Of a DNA stretch of 64,000 nucleotides, positions 62,150 to 64,000 are shown piece after piece. Origin of the DNA: Acidobacteriota bacterium (GTDB lineage Bacteria; Acidobacteriota; Thermoanaerobaculia; Multivoradales; JAHEKO01); assembly GCA_030597375.1 (NCBI GenBank), contig JAUVRX010000001.1, positions 54,818 to 118,817 on the forward strand, given 5' to 3'. A program made the position numbers and the translations under genes. Positions within the stretch are counted from its first letter, which is position 1. Each line of letters opens with the position of its first letter. Under the pieces are notes generated by a model. It had not been told where the DNA came from. It was given only the letters and a program-made list of their open reading frames with translations, and did not search any database.

Positions 62150-63048
62150 AGACCAGGAGCCGGGTCGGGAAGACCCCAGTCCGGTAGGTGCAGGGCCTCT
62201 GAGTCCTGCCAGGCTGTAAGGATAAGACTGGCAGAAAAGAGAACAGCGGCTCGGAAGCGCTCGCGAGTGAACGACCGCAATTCGGACGACGGCTCACCGC
62301 CGGCCTCCAGGGCCACGAGGTCTTCCTCCAGCCCATACAGCCTTTCCACCTGGGAGTGGCTGCGCTCCAGTTCCTCGATGACAGCGGCAAAGAGTGGCTC
62401 CAATTCACGTGGCTCGAGCCCCTCGAAGCTGACTTCCTCTTGCGGCTCCAGGCGGCCGATCAATCTGTCGACCTGTTGATGAATTCCACTGTGCGGAGAG
62501 GACCGGCCCTCGATGGCGCGCCCATCGTAATGGATCGTGGTGTGGAGAGGCTGGCAAAGATCCTCGGCATAGTGGGCCAGATGCGCGGCGTAGATGATCG
62601 CCTTCGCCTGCAGGTGCCGACTGGAGGGCTGCTGCCGGTAGAGCGCGAATGCAAGGGTCAGTCTCTGGGTCGCTTCGACGACGGCAAAAGGCAGTGCGCC
62701 CACCTGCTCGACTCCCTTGTCGGGCCCCGACCTGTCGATAGATCTGAGGAGCTCGGCTCGCGTCTCGGGGAACTCTCCGCCCGGCAGCAGCTCGACGTTC
62801 AGGTAATGATCAGGAGCCTCTCGATCCCGCAGATGGGGTAGCGCGTCGTTCCGCATCAAGTCGGGTTCGATTGAATCCCAGGCCAGCTGGTTCCGATCCT
62901 CCTGAAGAAACTCGGGCAACTCACCAGCCAGCAGCTCGACCGCCTCCAGGGTCACCACCTGGTGCCCATGGGAGTCCCAGGCCCGCAGAAGGGAGGTCGA
63001 GCTCAGGGCGACGATGCCCAGAACCAACCCCACTCGAGGGGTCTTCAT
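62137..63048 (-). CDS. S1/P1 nuclease / zinc-dependent phospholipase C superfamily protein, secreted
   Basis: 303 aa. A signal peptide is followed by AWDSHGHQVV (the mature N-terminal W..GH of S1/P1 nucleases) and His-rich zinc ligands (AAHLAHYAEDLCQPLHTT). Confidence 0.7.
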   Translation of the reverse strand: MKTPRVGLVLGIVALSSTSLLRAWDSHGHQVVTLEAVELLAGELPEFLQEDRNQLAWDSIEPDLMRNDALPHLRDREAPDHYLNVELLPGGEFPETRAELLRSIDRSGPDKGVEQVGALPFAVVEATQRLTLAFALYRQQPSSRHLQAKAIIYAAHLAHYAEDLCQPLHTTIHYDGRAIEGRSSPHSGIHQQVDRLIGRLEPQEEVSFEGLEPRELEPLFAAVIEELERSHSQVERLYGLEEDLVALEAGGEPSSELRSFTRERFRAAVLFSASLILTAWQDSEALHLPDWGLPDPAPGLHPR

Positions 63049-63404
63049 GATTGATTCGAATCACCCCGAGGCGGTTGCGGCGTGTAGATCGAGCTCGGGA
63101 ACTCCGAGACGTTGCCCTCGCCTTCCTGGCGAGTGATGCGTGCAACACCTTCCTTTTCCACCTCGTCGATGCGCACGATGGAGTGCATCGGCACGAAGAT
63201 TCGCCTGACTCCTCGAAACTCACTCTTCATCCGTTCCTCGGAAGGGTCCACGACTACCTGTGAGCGCTCACCGAAGAGGATCTCCTCGACTTCCACGAAG
63301 CCGAAGAGGTGGCCCTGATCGACGCTCTTGGCGTAGATCTCGAATACTTCTCCCTGATTGTGGAAGATGATCTTGTAGATGCGCTTCGTTTCGCTCTTGG
63401 GCAT
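63045..63404 (-). CDS. DUF1820-like small protein
   Basis: ORF 63045..63773 trimmed to MPKSETKRIYKIIFHNQGEVFEIYAKSV...VVDPSEERMKSEFRGVRRIFVPMHSIVRIDEV. The upstream part of the listed ORF is low-complexity and looks non-coding. Its stop overlaps the S1/P1 nuclease start. Confidence 0.55.
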   Translation of the reverse strand: MPKSETKRIYKIIFHNQGEVFEIYAKSVDQGHLFGFVEVEEILFGERSQVVVDPSEERMKSEFRGVRRIFVPMHSIVRIDEVEKEGVARITRQEGEGNVSEFPSSIYTPQPPRGDSNQS

Positions 63405-63696
63405 GCGATCGAGTTCCCGAGCCAGCTTCCAGATTTCAGAATAGCACAGCGGCTGCCGCGTCCTGCCTCGATCCACCCGACCTTCGGGTCCTGTCGCGAA
63501 GGTCAGCGAAACTCCCTTGCAGGTGTCGCGTAGTAGGAGGTGACGGGAGAAGGAGGCAAGCTGGCCAAGAGGTACACATCGGAGTAAACCTCTCGCCTGC
63601 AGTTGCCATCCAAGTACAAGAGGCCGAGAGCATCCGGTTCGATATGCCCTAGCAGAATGCGCTGATTTTGCAGACAACACGAGGAGGACTGAGCGG

Positions 63697-64000
63697 ATGA
63701 ACCCGAAGACACGATCACAATTCATCTGGGCCCTGGCTGTGGGTCTCCTGGCGGCAGGAGCCGCCAGTGCCACGACACTCGAGGAGACCTTCGACCAGAC
63801 CTATGCCTTCGCCTCCGGTGACCTTCTGGAGCTCGACAACACGAACGGTAATGTCTACATCGAGACCTGGGACCGTCAGGAGATCCACATCCAGGCCACC
63901 AAGAAGGTCAAGGCCAGCGGTAGCGAGAAAGCCGCGGCCGCCATGCGGGATCTGAAGATCGAGGTGGAACCCTCCCCTGGACGCATTCGAATCGAGACGA
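63697..64000 (+). CDS. secreted DUF4097-like (putative adhesin/beta-rich) protein, 3' truncated at window end
   Basis: MNPKTRSQFIWALAVGLLAAGAASA (signal peptide; RBS aggagga), then GNVYIETWDRQEIHIQATKK, a repeat style typical of DUF4097. The ORF is open to the window end and is not in the track because it is incomplete. Confidence 0.5.
   Translation, partial: MNPKTRSQFIWALAVGLLAAGAASATTLEETFDQTYAFASGDLLELDNTNGNVYIETWDRQEIHIQATKKVKASGSEKAAAAMRDLKIEVEPSPGRIRIET

Noticed and set aside
1-64000. CRISPR arrays, tRNA/rRNA genes, integrases, transposases and prophage genes
   Set aside because: No regularly spaced direct repeats with unique spacers were seen. No cloverleaf-like GTTCGA(A/T)TCC-containing tRNA candidates were found outside coding regions. 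No recombinase-like ORFs are present. The only repeats are the short family A and family B elements and the 22-bp tandem described above.

Overview
This is a 64 kb, roughly 64-65% GC bacterial chromosomal window with dense coding and no rRNA, tRNA, CRISPR array, integrase or transposase that I can support. All gene calls rest on my reading of the ORF track, manual start-codon and RBS refinement, and family-level motif recognition; no database search was run. The sequence is too GC-biased to place taxonomically, though the set of families (WS/DGAT, LTXXQ, sensor Ser/Thr kinase, lipoprotein MltF) looks like Acidobacteriota or Gemmatimonadota.

The most coherent block is a minus-strand central-carbon island at 1-14.1 kb. 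It holds a five-gene 2-oxoacid:ferredoxin oxidoreductase operon (korD-korA-korB-korC plus a GltD/NfnB-like Fe-S flavoprotein), then a MarR regulator with a 4-Cys tail whose AT-rich palindromic operator faces a divergent citrate synthase. Next comes a five-gene putative operon: a PrpD/MmgE dehydratase, a fused LeuC/LeuD-type aconitase-family protein, an Icd/LeuB-family dehydrogenase, a CitD-CitE fusion and CitF. That operon combines ATP-independent citrate lyase with 2-oxoacid chain-elongation-type enzymes, carries no visible citC/citX/citG, and has a perfect 22-bp tandem repeat in the icd leader.

The rest of the window is mostly housekeeping and envelope genes:
- a LonC-like AAA+/S16 protease, gamma-glutamyltranspeptidase, DUF445, WS/DGAT, Spy-like chaperone, tandem UspA, PdxH and an ADP-forming acyl-CoA synthetase;
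- a glycosyltransferase, a membrane-anchored protein of seven beta-sandwich repeats, an M24 peptidase and an ExeA / GspB-like / MltF module;
- thioesterases, LeuS, RNase D, RNase E/G, a Zn alcohol dehydrogenase, a secreted M1 aminopeptidase with a membrane partner, AgcS, MscS and a nitroreductase;
- HU, a sensor Ser/Thr kinase, an HExxH protein, two tandem paralogous secreted proteins, an M16 peptidase, an aldo/keto reductase and an S1/P1 nuclease.

The non-coding observations most worth a second look are two small dispersed repeat families. One is a nearly identical ~67-bp MITE/REP-like element present as a 168-bp palindromic copy at 24.7 kb and as an inverted pair bracketing agcS. The other is a mosaic ~20-45-bp family whose tcatgaaYRatgSgggc core recurs at gene 3' ends and supplies the stop codon of two genes.
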